A stretch of 64,000 nucleotides of DNA. It comes from Enoplolaimus lenunculus (Eukaryota). A model generated the notes under the pieces. That model saw nothing but the letters and a program-made list of their open reading frames with translations. It made no database searches and was not told the origin of the DNA. Both the position numbers and the translations under genes were made by a program. The DNA is taken from positions 806,001-870,000 of the forward strand of contig JASANG010003092.1 in the NCBI GenBank assembly GCA_030248215.1, read 5' to 3'. Positions 36,621 through 50,300 of the stretch are shown here, in pieces. The number at the start of each line of letters is the position of its first letter. The stretch's first letter is position 1.

Positions 36621-38886
36621 TAAGTTAATGCTTTCTATTTTTAAGTGTAATGAAACTACTTAATAAAATATTTTTAAGAGCAAACCTTCTGTAACAGCAT
36701 GACATTATTCAACTATGCTACTTCCTCGTTTAATTAAATCACATTTTGTCAAAATTTGTAATTAGATTTCGCAAAATATTTCGTTCTATTAAAATAAAGT
36801 ACAAGATAGCGACAACAATGAGCAGCATGTAATTTCTAACCGGATGCTACACCAAAAAGCCTAAAATTTCTCACCGGTCAACGCCCGAGATGAACAGGCC
36901 TGTAGTCAGCTCACCTTGCTTGGACGGCGAAAACATTTCAGGATGGGCATACAAGGGTTTTTAGTAACTTACATACAAAGGTTGAAAATTTTCTAGAGGA
37001 GCTAAAATTTTTCCAGGGGGAAACTGAACCCCTGACTACGGGCCTGAAAGCGTAGTAGCATCAAACTTTCAAAATCAGTTTTTAAATCATCAACAAGTGT
37101 ACCGGGTCCGTAGCCAATGGGGGTTAGGAAGAGTTCATTCACGAAGAAACATTTTACCCCCTAAAAAGTTCCAACCTAACTTGTTAGTTATAGAAAACGC
37201 TTGTATGCTTCTACCAAAAAATTTTAACCTCAAGCGAAATGAGCTGGCCACGGGATTGAATGTTATAAGGCACTGTATCAACAGGTGACACGAGTTTAAA
37301 CCCCATTCAAACATGTAAGTGTTCGGCGAAAAGAGCTTGCAGCTGCAACTTCGACGTATAATTATTTTTGAACGAACAAAATTTCACAAATTGTGGTGTA
37401 GCAGTAAAAGATGTTGCTGTAAAAACTTGCACGTGGAAATAAGGTTTTGCACATTACTTGAGATACGCCACTGTAAGATTTGTATAAATTTTACCTCAGA
37501 ATTTATTTTCACAGCATACTTGAGTCACCCGAATAACAGTGAAGGGTAATAAAATAGGGCGTCTATTTTGAATCTAAAACAACACGAGAGCCCGTATCGC
37601 TAATTAGAGTCCGTTAGTGGATACAGTACATAAGTCCTAATAAGAGTTTATTACAGAGACCAAAGTAGGAGAATACTCTAGACTACTCAAAAATGTAACA
37701 CACACTCGGATAACCCCAGTAAAATGTTTATGAAACCCAGAGAAAAATATTTAAACCCGCATAGTAATCCTTCTAACGGAGCAAGTCAGTTCTTCCCAAG
37801 ATAAACAATATAACAAAGAGTGTTATGTTGGGTCTAAATATGAAAAGACTTAAAAATAAATAACATTCCGTAACCGAATACCAGCGGATGTATCCTCTGT
37901 AGAGGCAAAATAAACATCAGTCCTTCTATGTTATTGGTCAACTATACAGTATTAAACCTTGACAGATCTATAACATTTTTAGCTGTCAAATCACAATGGT
38001 CTGATTAACTACATATTTAATTATACTTAAAGTTTATAATTTACGCAACAAATAATATAACGGATAAATGGTTTAACAAGGTGTCATTTTACAACGATGA
38101 ACCAATTTTGCACAGCAATTGTGTACATAAGGGTAGATGTCGAATTATACTTGCCTAACTACTTTAATTAACCGGATTTGCGTGGGTGCCGATCCAAATT
38201 TATGGTTCTCAATACAAATTTAAAGTCTAAGGAAATTTTAAATAAACTGCTGTAATTGCAAATTTAAATTTGCAAACTATATTTATTTAAATATTGATTG
38301 TGAATTGCAGAGGGTTCACATGCACCCCATTATTCAGAGCCTTCCGTTGCTTATGGTGGTTTACGCCACGCCACTTCCAAACACAAGTTTGTTGTGTCCG
38401 TGAAAGGCGTTGAAATTGAAAACTTTAAAGTTTAGCTTTTTGTTTACTTTTATTCTTTTAGTCTTCTCAACCATTGTTATTTTCATGGGAGTAACATTGG
38501 TATAATGTATATTCCTAAGTCTACGCCTACGCCATGAACTAAGCCTCGGCAAATAGCATATATAAGCCTATAACTAAGCGTGGGTGTAAGAATAATCCTA
38601 AGCAAAAAATTAGTTTAAAGCTTACGCTATTGCAATCCCGCCGAATCACGGTATGCCGCTTAAAGTAGCAGGCTGTTTTCTCGGTGGGGTCGATACCATT
38701 GCGTGAGCTGGTATTGATTAATTGGTTAATGTCAGTCTTTGAGATTGTTCCACTCTTTTATAGCCAGCATAGCAAGTACTGAAATGTTTTCTGATCAGAA
38801 ATTTTACCAAAGAAGTTAAATTATTGATTATATGAATATAAAGTTAACTTTCAATTGTAGCTGCTTTGAAAATTTAGTGGTCTTAT

Positions 38887-39092
38887 GGCCCATGTATAGA
38901 ACAGTCGCCGGATCGTTTTCCAGAGGAGCTGCAGTAGCGTCAGTTTAACCTTTGAATAAATTTTTTGCTTAGGCTTAGGCTTAGACTTAGGAATAGTCTC
39001 ATCCTTACGCTTAGGGTTAGGATTAATACACCTAGGCTTAGGCTTAGGAATATGCTTATACTACTGTTCCAACCCTGTTCTATACATTGGCC
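38887..39092. mobile_element. TTAGGC-carrying MITE
   Basis: TIR GGCCCATGTATAGAACAG / CTGTTCTATACATTGGCC. No clean TSD seen. Confidence 0.8.
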
Positions 39093-39206
39093 AAATTTTC
39101 TAATGGTCTCATTCATTTGATTGCCTACAATGTTTAGAACTGTTTCACAATCCTAAGCCTAAGCCTAAACAAACTGCTGAAAATTTAGTAAGACACGATT
39201 GTTTAA

Positions 39207-39410
39207 CCCTTTCTCACATCAGCTTCTCGAATGGGAGGCGTTTATTATCACCACTCAGTTATAGGAGCTTGACGCTCGATAACAAACGTGCTCTCTCGCC
39301 TTGTAGAGATTTAATACCGGGCATACGCGTAGTAAGTAATTGTTGCTTATTAGTTTTCGTGTAAACCGGTTGCGCTAGGTTGCTCACAGTATATTCCAAG
39401 TGAAAACGCG
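39207..39410. mobile_element. Diverged, internally deleted piggyBac-like MITE
   Basis: TTAA|CCCTTTCTCACAT start, shared ATCACCACTCAG.TATAGGAGCTTGACGCTCGA core, and TTAA at the right end. Confidence 0.7.
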
Positions 39411-42395
39411 TTAAAAGACGCATATTACGCTGAATACTACTCCGAGTACGTCGCAGTAACACTCCATTTTTACAGGCATAACATTATGCAATTTTGTTGT
39501 TGTGTAAATTCTATAATTCAACAAAGTTTACACTTCAATCAACACAAAAATAGATTAATGAAAGGTTGAAAAAACTGCAATGCTAAATTTGGATAATTTC
39601 AAGCTATTAGGTTTTGGTAGAATTTTAAACCAGTTTTCTTGTGTTGCCAGCTGTAAAAATGTTAACCAAACCGCTTGCTACAAAAACCAAAAAACCGCAA
39701 AACGATTGTTTCTCCTAAATCTTTGGGCTGCTTCATTAAGGACGACCAAAATTTATAAACCAAGCGACGATTGCATGTCAGAGTTTTACTTCATCAATGC
39801 AGAGTCAAGCCTCATGGGACGAAGAGGTTGAAAATTTAGACGATTTGTGACAAACTCTTTAACGAATGAAATGTCATAAAATTCTTAATTTTTCATGGTT
39901 TTATGTGCCACCCGCTGGAATATGTGAGCTCCGAACATGCAATGTTCCTTTCACAATAAGTATTACGCGCCTATACACCGTCAGAAAATACAAAATCCTT
40001 CAGCGCACAATGCGTTTGATGAAACTCAGTAGGTAATTCAGGACTACATGTACCCTTGTATGGCTCTATAATGCAAGATTAATATCGACTGGAGGTTGAT
40101 CGGCCAAAAATCTAACTTTTGAAGATTATTGTGGTTCGTTTATAACTTTACTATATTATACTTCAACCATAAGGCATCGTGTCTAGAACATTTTCGGTAA
40201 ATTAGAAAATTATTACATGTCTATTACTATTTAGCTGAAACTTTAAATATTTTCAATCAAATTTAAAGTTCAAATTTCAAAATGACCAATATCGACGTTT
40301 TATGGTTACTGAGGAGAAACAACCATTCAAAATATTTGCAATTAAAATGGCATTTCCAAAAGTAAACATCTCAAATGTTTTGAGGAAACAAGAAACAAGA
40401 CAAATACCAATTCTGTTGAGGTTGAGAAATATTCAAAAAAATCTGGCTAATTTTTTGCCAAAAACAACAGAAACACAATAGTTCGGAATTTGACGAACCA
40501 ATATAAAATTAGCATATCGGTTTCTGTGTTTGTCCGTTGGCCCAATATTTTATATAAACCAAATGCTATACCTTGCGCTGAAGAGATTATTTTTGATTTT
40601 ATATTTTCTGTCATGAATTACGTGTGCCTTATTCGTTCGCTACATACACCTCGAATAATTTTATTTGTTTCCAGCCAAACAGCCAGGGTTTTAATTAGGT
40701 GCGGGTACAACATCGTGTACCTAAAAACGATCAGCTGACGTTCAGCATTCACACCGCATGATTTATGCTTTATAAAAGTGTGGTAAGTGTGCTTATTTTC
40801 TTATTCAAAAATTTCGGGTGGTATAATTTTAAATGAAAATGGCATGGACCCCACTTTACAAATTGATTGAGACGGCCTGTATGCCGTCGTTTTTAAAATC
40901 ACTTTTGTTCCCGGGGCTTTTGTTTCAAAATTTTTTGATATTTTTGGAATCTTTAATATCCGGCTAAGTTGCACTTGTACCAGTTTTTATGTTAGCTATG
41001 AAAGGTCTCAAATATTTTATGCTTATTTCAGTAAAAGCATTGGAACTTACATTTCAGCTCCCTGAGAAGATATCTGCCGTTTTAACTGATTGATTCTCCG
41101 GGTTTCTTGACATTTTCTATTTTTGACTTCCATGTACAAAATGTTATCATGGATATTTGCATATGTATGCAATGTACATTAACTTATATTTTAAGCTAGC
41201 GTAAGTATAAATGCGCATTATTTAATTATCATATATTTCTCATAATGAAATAGGCTAACGTCTGTGTAGCGTAATTGGTTAGCAGTTTCGTTGGAAATAA
41301 AAATGTTTAAATTTTTTAACTTTTAACAGTGTGTAAATGTTCAGATTTTAGTAATTTTTAAAATTATATAAAAACAGCGATTTCGTTCACTTGGGTAGGT
41401 ATATAGAAAAACAAATTACAGCGAGAAGCTAAAAGAATCTTTTTAACACTTGATGTGGAGCATGACTCAATTTGGTTGGAGCCAATTGCTAAATATGTTC
41501 AGCCCATTTTGTTTGCCGCTCATACATATGTGGGAATTGTCCCGAACAAAGTTGCGTCACTTGGGCTTTCGTTGACGTTAATCCTTATGCAGGCATGTCA
41601 TGTGCACATTGCACCCCGTCTCTCTGATCCTTTCAGCGGCTGCTTGTTACTTTTGTGTAAAGAAAAGTGCATCTTGCTTCACGTTCGCTTGGCAGCTGCT
41701 TTTAATACTATACATATAACGCGAGGTATTTTCACATTGCACCTCCGTTCAGAAAATTCTGGATTCGCCACTGGTTGTTAGCCAGTATCGACGCGACTAA
41801 ATAACGACACGAAGTTAAAGTGCCATCTGCGAGACAAACTCCAAACAAAAGTTTGGCAATTTTCATTAAAACCACCGTCTTGCATTTTACATTGTTCCAA
41901 ACAGAGCCGCATTTTAATTTTAAAATTACTTTGTTTTCGAGAAATCGCTGCCGTAAGTTTTATTTTTTTTCTACAGGGTCCACAATAAGATGCCGAGCGG
42001 CGGTGTCAAATACCCGGCTACTCTAGCTGAATAATACCGAATTTAAATCATTTCAATTTGCAGATGGAATTTTGAAAAAAAATTGATAAATTAATTTTCA
42101 AGTACCCGCAATTAAAAATTGTTCAATATTTTCTTTTCAATCTGAATTTCGTTTTCCACCAGCTCGTCACATCCTATTGCGGACCCGGTATTCGTTGGAA
42201 TTCTGATATGGAAATATTTAAATGAGCAACAATGCACACATTTTGTTCAAAGACACGTTCCTTTCGAATGTTTTCTTAACGCTACATTCTATTGTAAACT
42301 TTGGATTAGGCTTAGGTTTAGGCTTTGTTTGCCGACCTTTAGGCACAATCTTACACATACGCTGTTGTTAAAGGGGCTACATCATTGGAATTTGG

Positions 42396-42583
42396 GTCCC
42401 ATGTAGCAGTAGCATAAGCATATTCCTAAGCGTAAGCCTAAGCCTAAAAGTTTAACTCTAAGTCTAAGCGTAAGAAATAGCTTACACCTAAACCTAATCC
42501 TAAGCAAAAAATAGTCTAACGCTTGAGCTTTAGTCGTAGTCTTAATACACAAAAACGTTCCGCCCCTGATCTTTACATGGGTC
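42396..42583. mobile_element. TTAGGC-carrying MITE upstream of the GPCR
   Basis: Perfect TSD GAATTTGG. The family TIR is intact on the right side. Confidence 0.8.
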
Positions 42584-42966
42584 GAATTTGGAATTATACG
42601 CATAGCTGTATATATCTGTATCATGGTTTCGTTTCTCTTCTTTCTCTATTATAAGTTGACCAGCAAAATTAGCTACAATAATAATTTGTGAGTAAATCGG
42701 CTACCAAATTTAAAATGCATCGAACGCGATTTGAAGATTAATAAAAAATTCATTTATCCGTAAATCTTGTAATAATTCCAAGCTCATGTTTAGGAATAAG
42801 CATTTAGTTTGTACTCACAGTTCAACAACAATTTCACAGAAATTCATACGTTTACAGTTGTAACATTGACGTAAACCATAGTTTCAGCTCGACAAATTTG
42901 CACTTTGTAAACTACTACTTCAGGTGCTTTAACGTTAATATCAAATAATTGATCAGTTAAATAATA

Positions 42967-43980
42967 ATGAATACATCACTGCAAGTAACTGCAAGCTCGA
43001 CTTCAAACACAACCGCCGACTGTATCAACTATTCTGAAGCGCATCCAGATCCGACCAACAGCATTACATCCGTCGCCATATTTGGCACGCTGTATTCGCT
43101 AATATTTGTGTTTGGAATGACCGGAAACTGTGCCGTTTTAATAATTACAACGCAAACTAAAAAGCTTCAAACTGCACAAAACGCACTCATTTCTAATTTA
43201 GCCCTCGCTGACATCCTTGTCTGTGTGACCGTTTTGCCGATTACGCCACTATTTATGATCAATAAAGTTTGGTATTTCGGACCGACACTGTGTCATATTT
43301 TCCCATGGCTTCAAGGTACTACAACGCTAGTGACAGGAATAACACTGGCAACAATAGCGATCGACAGGTGTGTAGCTGTACTGTTTATTAGACGAAAGTT
43401 TCGGCTTGGATATAACGGAACATGGTGCCTAATTGCAACAATATGGATCATTTGTGGGCTTGCTATCTTGCCGTACGCAGTGAACATGCAAATTAAACGC
43501 ATACCAGGGTATTGTGGCGAATTTTGCAGCGAAGTATGGCCGTCCGCTATTGTCCGCCGTGCGTTTTCAGCGTGCATATTTGTAATACATTTTATAGTTC
43601 CATTTGTTATAATTGCAATTTGTCATTGTATTTTGTGGTTTAAATTGAAAGCGTTAACAAGCAGGCGACAACGTAACAGCTCGACTGGATTTTTGATCCG
43701 AAGATTAACGCTAAAGCGAAGACGTTGTGTTGCGCTGGTGGTCGCTGTTATTGGACTGTACGGAATTTTTTGGTTACCATCGAATACTGTTATGCTTTTG
43801 AACGATTTTACTGATTTGTTAATAACAACGCGGTCGATATATTTAATTTATTTATCGGTTAACGGATGCTCGATGCTGTCGGTGATTGTGAACCCAATTC
43901 TCTACGTTTGGTTGAATCCACGGTTGAAAAAAGTTATTCAGTTCAAATTGGCGTTACGTGACGAACCGGCTGATCTGTAG
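42967..43980 (+). CDS. Class A neuropeptide GPCR (NPY/PrRP-like, nematode NPR/FLP-receptor type), single coding exon, 337 aa
   Basis: Seven hydrophobic segments. Motifs GN (TM1), NLALAD (TM2), W.FG..LC, IAIDRC, CGEFCSEVW in ECL2, FWLP (TM6) and NPILY (TM7). N-terminal N-glycosylation sequons. Confidence 0.93.
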   Translation: MNTSLQVTASSTSNTTADCINYSEAHPDPTNSITSVAIFGTLYSLIFVFGMTGNCAVLIITTQTKKLQTAQNALISNLALADILVCVTVLPITPLFMINKVWYFGPTLCHIFPWLQGTTTLVTGITLATIAIDRCVAVLFIRRKFRLGYNGTWCLIATIWIICGLAILPYAVNMQIKRIPGYCGEFCSEVWPSAIVRRAFSACIFVIHFIVPFVIIAICHCILWFKLKALTSRRQRNSSTGFLIRRLTLKRRRCVALVVAVIGLYGIFWLPSNTVMLLNDFTDLLITTRSIYLIYLSVNGCSMLSVIVNPILYVWLNPRLKKVIQFKLALRDEPADL

Positions 43981-44172
43981 CCTGCGAGCTTGCTCATTTC
44001 ACCCATGTTAACTATTAACAGCCGAGTCAGTAAACCTAAGCCCTACTTAGTAAGCCTCTAAGACTTGACATAAACATAACCCTAAGTTTGTCAATCTTCA
44101 AGTTCCCATAGTCTTCCGGTGGATAGGCAGCTATACTTAACGAGGGCGGTTCATTTTATACGTTCGTTTGTG

Positions 44173-44935
44173 CAGCGGCGCCGGAAGCAAATTAATATTG
44201 CGGGGCACAGTGTTACCTAAAATGGTCGAATGCTAAAGAGTGTTATGTTGCTAAACCACATTGTTTTGCGAAAAAAATGTAACAGACAAGATGCTCCAGT
44301 AAAAAGAAGTACTCATTTTCATCACCACTCAAAATAAAATGGTTTATGTTATTCACTGCTAAATTATCAACGATATCAGGATAACTGCTCATTATCAGCA
44401 TGTGGTGTAATCGCTTTTGTGTTGACGTGGAATTCAACAATGCCGGACCAAACAGGGGTAGAGGAATTCCCTAAACTTCATGGTGGGGCCGCAACGTAAA
44501 GGTGGATTTACAATTTCTTGGTGTTTGTAAAATGAATCACATTTTGTTCGCCGCGGGAAATTATTTTTTGACGTTTTCTGCTCTAAAGTAGCTGAACAAC
44601 TTTATTTATTTAAACTGTTCTTGAATATTTCATTTCGGCTGAGTTATACTATGTAGGCCAGTGTATATTGCGAGCCGGAAAATTTGTTAAATTTTAGCAA
44701 CCTGGTGGTTATTTTAAGGTCTGTGTAGTGTGTGAAGTAATTAAAAGAATCACGGCAAGGTAAAGGAACGGTGGACCCTGTAGGAGAGGGCCACCAAATA
44801 AAGGCATGGAGAATGGCTGCTCCGACCCTGGACCTCACATAAATTGTAACGTTCAAAGCGTTGAAAAAAAGTTCGTTCCGGAGTTGCAATAGTTGCTGGA
44901 TTTGCCAAATAAAGTTTAATCAGCCTGAAACATCA
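44173..44935 (-). pseudogene. Degenerate hAT transposase C-terminal (dimerisation) region plus element end, interrupted by a nested insertion (~44441-44832)
   Basis: The minus strand reads RLIKLYLANPATIATPERTF (frameshift)...TIYVRS [insertion] STSTQKRLHHMLIMSSYPDIVDNL, matching the hAT motif P.TSA..ERSFS...YLRSTM.QERL. A CAGCGGCGCCGG terminus-like sequence sits at 44173. Confidence 0.7.
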
Positions 44936-46362
44936 ATCATACTTCGTTAGCATCTTCGCTATATTCTTTTTCAAAAATCTGAAGCTCAGACGGATCAATT
45001 TCCTCATCATGACCGGTATTGCTTTTGCATAAATGCGCGTTTTTCTAATTCATTATCCGTTTTCCGCCCTGGAATAAAGGTTTGAGTATGTACCAATCAA
45101 AATCATAGCGATACAACTTTTTGCGCAACTGTTTATTTTATTGCATTGCTATTGCGTGAACTATATATGATTTAATATGTACAATTTGTAATAAAATGTA
45201 TTTTTGCTGCCGTGATAATGCTCCGTTAGCATTCAACTGCAGCCTCGAACTGAGTTGGCTTCACCCTTAGTAGTGATTCAGGACCATGTTCGTTATTGGG
45301 GCCAACACACTGATAGAGGTAGAAGTGGGTGACACGATGTTTTGGAAAGCTAAATTTAAATTTAGGATTAAGCTTGTGTTTAGGCTTAAGAGTAGGTTTA
45401 CGGTTTGGTTTACCCTCATTTAACAAACAAGCCCGTATAGTTATTATCAGGGTACAAGAATCTACCTTAGGCTCCGGCAAAAATCGACTTTCCGCTCTGC
45501 TAAATATTTGTTGGAGGCACAGGCAATTTTGGTATTGAAATTTTCCAATTTTACAAAAATTGGATCGTTCGGTGCATTCGGTGTTGACTTTTGGTACAAT
45601 TTTAACGAGTTAATTGTTGAATTTCTGAAAAAAACCGAACCAAATTTCTAACAACACTTCGAGAAATTTGCCAACATTAGCAAATGAAGCAGTATTTTAC
45701 TATATATCGTTCCACTTCAACCCTGTGCTTTAAACACACCTGCTCCTGCTCCGGTAAATCGGGTTTGACCTTCGGGGCAGCCGTTTTTTACCTCAGTTTT
45801 CACCCAGGTTAAAATCGGTTGAAGACAGGATGTGAACGGATTGTGAAAATAATGAAAACCGATAGTAATCAAAATAACGAAAACAGGAATCGAATACTGA
45901 AGCATAGTTTCAAATATTTTTTATTTTTCTGGAAACACAATTGAGGCGTGCCAACGTTCATCGGGCTTTCTAAAATTTTATAGAAAAAATAACGAATACA
46001 TTGATAATTTTTTACAGTTTTTGATGAATTTTGTAATTTTTATTTCATTTCGAAAAATTGCTGAAGCATAGCTTTGATTTTGTGCCAACACATACCATTT
46101 AAAAATCGTGCGTAAATTGTATTGCAAGTAAAGTCCAAGTTTTAACCACATAAAATCTGTCTGAGAAAATGCACATATAGTGTTCAAATCAACAAGATAT
46201 ACTAAAAATTCACGGTATATGCTAAAATGAAGACCGTAAAGAATGAACTTTTAACCAAGCAGAATGCAGAACCCTGAGCGATACGAAAACACTAGTCCAA
46301 AAACTTACTTATACCTACCGTATTGCACTCGCGGAAAAATGGTTCAGCCTCAGCTATACACC

Positions 46363-46477
46363 GGCCAATGTTACTTTCAGGGCCGTAGCAGTAGATTAAG
46401 CGTATTCCTAAACCTACTGTGAGCCTATTCCTTTACAGACCCACCAGAAACCGGCACGGCCTTAAAAGTAACGGGCC
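46363..46477. mobile_element. Short, internally deleted TTAGGC-family MITE
   Basis: GGCCAATGTTACTTT / AAAGTAACGGGCC termini. TSD-like TATACACC/TATACATT. Confidence 0.65.
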
Positions 46478-47387
46478 TATACATTTAAGAACTTCACAAA
46501 GAAAAGCTATGCCCGATTGACCATTGATGCACTCTGTCTCGCTCAAAACTAGAAGAACAATAATTTTAATATACAATTATAATAACAACGGGTAATACCT
46601 ATACATAGGTAAATCTTTAGCACAACTGAAAAGGCAGAAACCAGACAAATCTCGGTGACCTTCAAATATTTGCGTTACACACAAATCACAGTATGTAGCT
46701 ACTGACCCAAAATCGATCTGCTTTCAATTAATAGTTGACTCCAATTAAGTGATCGCGCAGCCCACTTAATGTACATTTAGCAAATTATTTTCATAGTATT
46801 TTCACGCAAGCCTCCTTTGTCTATATAGTGGTAAATTGTATCATAGGATATTTACCGGAATATTACCAGGTATCATAGTAGATCCGGAGTTCTGCCTCCG
46901 GCTGAAAATCTTATTAGCCTCGAGTTCCGGCAAATTCGATGCTTTTCCTAATGTCTTGGACACTTCCTAAAACCACTCAGCTATAACACCCTAGCTTGCG
47001 CGAACATTATATACGATACTTTTGAAGTTTCAAAAAACACAGTCTACTAATTAGCATGGTACAACTGGAGGTGACAAAACAAAGCCGGAGTCCTACAAAT
47101 TTGGAGCCGAAACTGATGCAACATTAACACAACAAAAATTTTGAATTTGCTAATACCTGACAATATATTTTTTGCAAAACTTTGCAAAATTTGTTTTACA
47201 TAAAACTTCCATTTTGAGAAATTTCGACATGCAGTTAATGCCTTCAACATAGCCGCAAAGTTACAAAATTGAGGCTGAAGGCGCAACTTTTATAAAAGTA
47301 CGAAAATTTTCGCTACCGCAATTGCCGATTTTCTACCGGAGCTGGAGGCAGACATCAATTACGCAAACTTATGACTTCATAACGCAA

Positions 47388-50300
47388 TCAATTTGCGACT
47401 GCATGAATCGTGCTATTTTGCGCTTCACCTCCAGGATTTACTGACGGGAAACCAAACACTTGCATTTTGCCTTTGTCATCACAAGCATACGCTAATAAAT
47501 ATTCTTTCGGATGCCACGCAACTGTAAGCGTTGGATTGTCGCATTTGATTTCGGTAACTTTGGCAGCTAAAATATTCATAAACGAAACGCTAGCTTACTA
47601 TTGCCATTTTCACAGTCTATTACGCAAACAAAATTTTCTATCAAAACATTATTCATAGGTTTTGTACAAAAATACTATATCCAGTTGATAGCAACAAAAG
47701 CCTTAACAATAACACATATTTACTTTACCCAGCTAAAAGTTCCTCAACACATAAAGACTGCAATAATAAATTACGATCACCAATAGAAATAAGTGCAACC
47801 GTGAATCGGGTTTCAAACCGCCACTCTCAATACAATTGGTCGTTTCTTGGACGCACAAAAGTTAATTCTGTCCGTAACTGTAGGTTTAACCTGATGGAAG
47901 GTTAAAAAAATAATAATGTGGTCGAACATTTGCCTACTATCATATCAACACTACTGCGAGAGAAGTCAACAACTATCTACAATAACAGTAACCAAATAAA
48001 AACCTTACCTGTATCCGTGTACGCAACATCAATTGAATGATCTTCTGAACCAGTCGCAATAATCTTACCGTCATGACTAAAACTCACTACACGAACAGAC
48101 CATTCCATTCTGAAATAAACGTGGTTAAGTAACTTCAGCAAACAAAAATACAGTTATTGCTTTTGGGAGCAAAGTTTCTATGGGTTTAACGCACGAAGTG
48201 TTCCTAGAACTCGACTCCTAAATTCCTTTATCTTAGCGAGAGACTGTACAATGCACTTCTATTACTGCTTAATGTCTATCAAACGCAAGATACCAAAAAC
48301 GGTTTGAATATTAAATCCAATTGCAATGATGTCGGTTTCAAAAAATTAAATTTGTTAGTATTACCACATTTAATTAATGTTCAGGCCGTTGTTAGTTATA
48401 AGCCCTGTCAAATAATACTAAACCTAAACCTAAGCGTAGGCCTAAACATAAGCCTAAACCTAAGTCTAAGCTTAATCCAAAGCCTTCCAGTCTTTATGTC
48501 GTCCAGTCTAATCAGCTCCCAGCAGCAGGAACCTCAACATGTAACACCATAGATATCATACCATTTGCAGTAGCATTCAATATATTTTGCACTATGTAAA
48601 TATACTACCACTCAAGCATTCACTTCAGTAGCAAAATTATTAATTTTACCGAGAGATAGTTCGAACACAAACCAAATCACGAACATCCCAAATTGATACC
48701 AAAGCATCGGTTGCACCAACAGCAAAATATTTACCCGTAGGATCAAATTTGATGCAAGCGACATTTGCAGGATGAGCCTAAAACTCAATGTTAACATTGA
48801 CCATATTTCGTTGAAATACATAATACCAGTATAGCGAAAATGCAAGACGTCAAGAATTATTTGGTAAGTTTTAAACACTAATCAGGGGTTTTTCTGAAAC
48901 GCATATTCATGCTTTATTGTAATTCAAACAGCTAAAATATTGTAAAACGCAGGAAACCCTAATAATGCATTAAAATTCACACCTTGAGTCGCATTCCCAA
49001 CTTAAGGATAAGATAAATCAAAGTTATGTCATCAACTACACACAAAATAAGTTGTCTTGAAGTTTGAAAACTCCTACTTTCTAAAATTTTCAAGACATTA
49101 ATTAATTTCTTGTTTTTCAGACATTAATAGCCTTGAACAGCTCCGAAATTTGTGTCTGAAATGCTTAAAACATAAATGTCTTATATTCAAAAATTTATTA
49201 TATGATTTTTATGTATGTAAAAAGTTGCTCCGTTTATATTCTTAAGAGAGCATATAAACAATCATTTCAAAGATATTTCGGGTTAAGCTCAGACTTCCTC
49301 CAACATAAGTTTACGTCTTAAACATATCTTAGGTTGTAAAATTAGGGGATTTGGTTGAGTTTAACTCCCAAGTTTGAAGGCGACTTCTCTATCAAATCTT
49401 GTTTCTAAAGACATATATGTCTCAAAAATCAGCAAAACAAGTCTTTTATTTCAGACATATTTGTTTATATCAGAAATATTTGTCTTGTATTTCAGAAATA
49501 TTTGTCTTAATCGTTTATGAAACACATTCCCAAATATAAGACATTTAAGTGCTAAGAATTGAAGACAGATTTCTGAAAAATTTCAGAAACTTATGTCTTG
49601 CACCCAAGACATATATGTCTGGAGTATAGATTAAGACATAATATGTCTTGAATTTAAGAAAGTAATTCTTAAATGTCAGAAAATGTTTTTGTGTGCAGTG
49701 ATAGGTGCTACACATTTTCGAAAATACAGGCTCTCAATTCTACTAAAGCCACTGCAAGCTTATTATAGTTATTTGAGTTTTGCCTAATACAATTGTCAAT
49801 AGTACGAATAGATATTTAAAAAATACATAGCTAATTTCACTACCACAAATCTAACCTGAAGTGTTACCACGTTTTTGAGATCTGGCCAGCTAAAAATGAT
49901 AATAACAAAATGTTTTTATTACATACGCATGTTTTTAAACGCTAACAAACGCCACGAAAACTGTATTTTAGCCATCAAATTTCCAAACCAAATTTATAAA
50001 TTGAAATTCTTCAAAAATAAGTTTAAACCTAACAGTCAGGACACAATATGAACAGTAGTATTCTTTACATTCAATCGCACAAAACTACAAATGCGGCTTG
50101 TAAAAGCGACAAACTTCAACTACATTTTGTACATAATCTGCCGCAATTGATTATATAAGACGCGCGAGGTATAACATTAATCTAGCAACAAAAACAAAGA
50201 AATCCGTTAACCCGAAACCAGAAATTAGCAACAAAAGCAAAAGACGGTTGAAGGAGGTAAATTAAGATTTCGACAGAATTGTTTGAATGTTGTTAAAAAC

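Noticed and set aside
49039..49695. CACACAAAA...TTTTGTGTG-bounded segment rich in AAGACAT/ATGTCTT motifs
   Set aside because: Probably another non-autonomous DNA element, but it is a single copy with short TIRs and no clear TSD, so I did not classify it.
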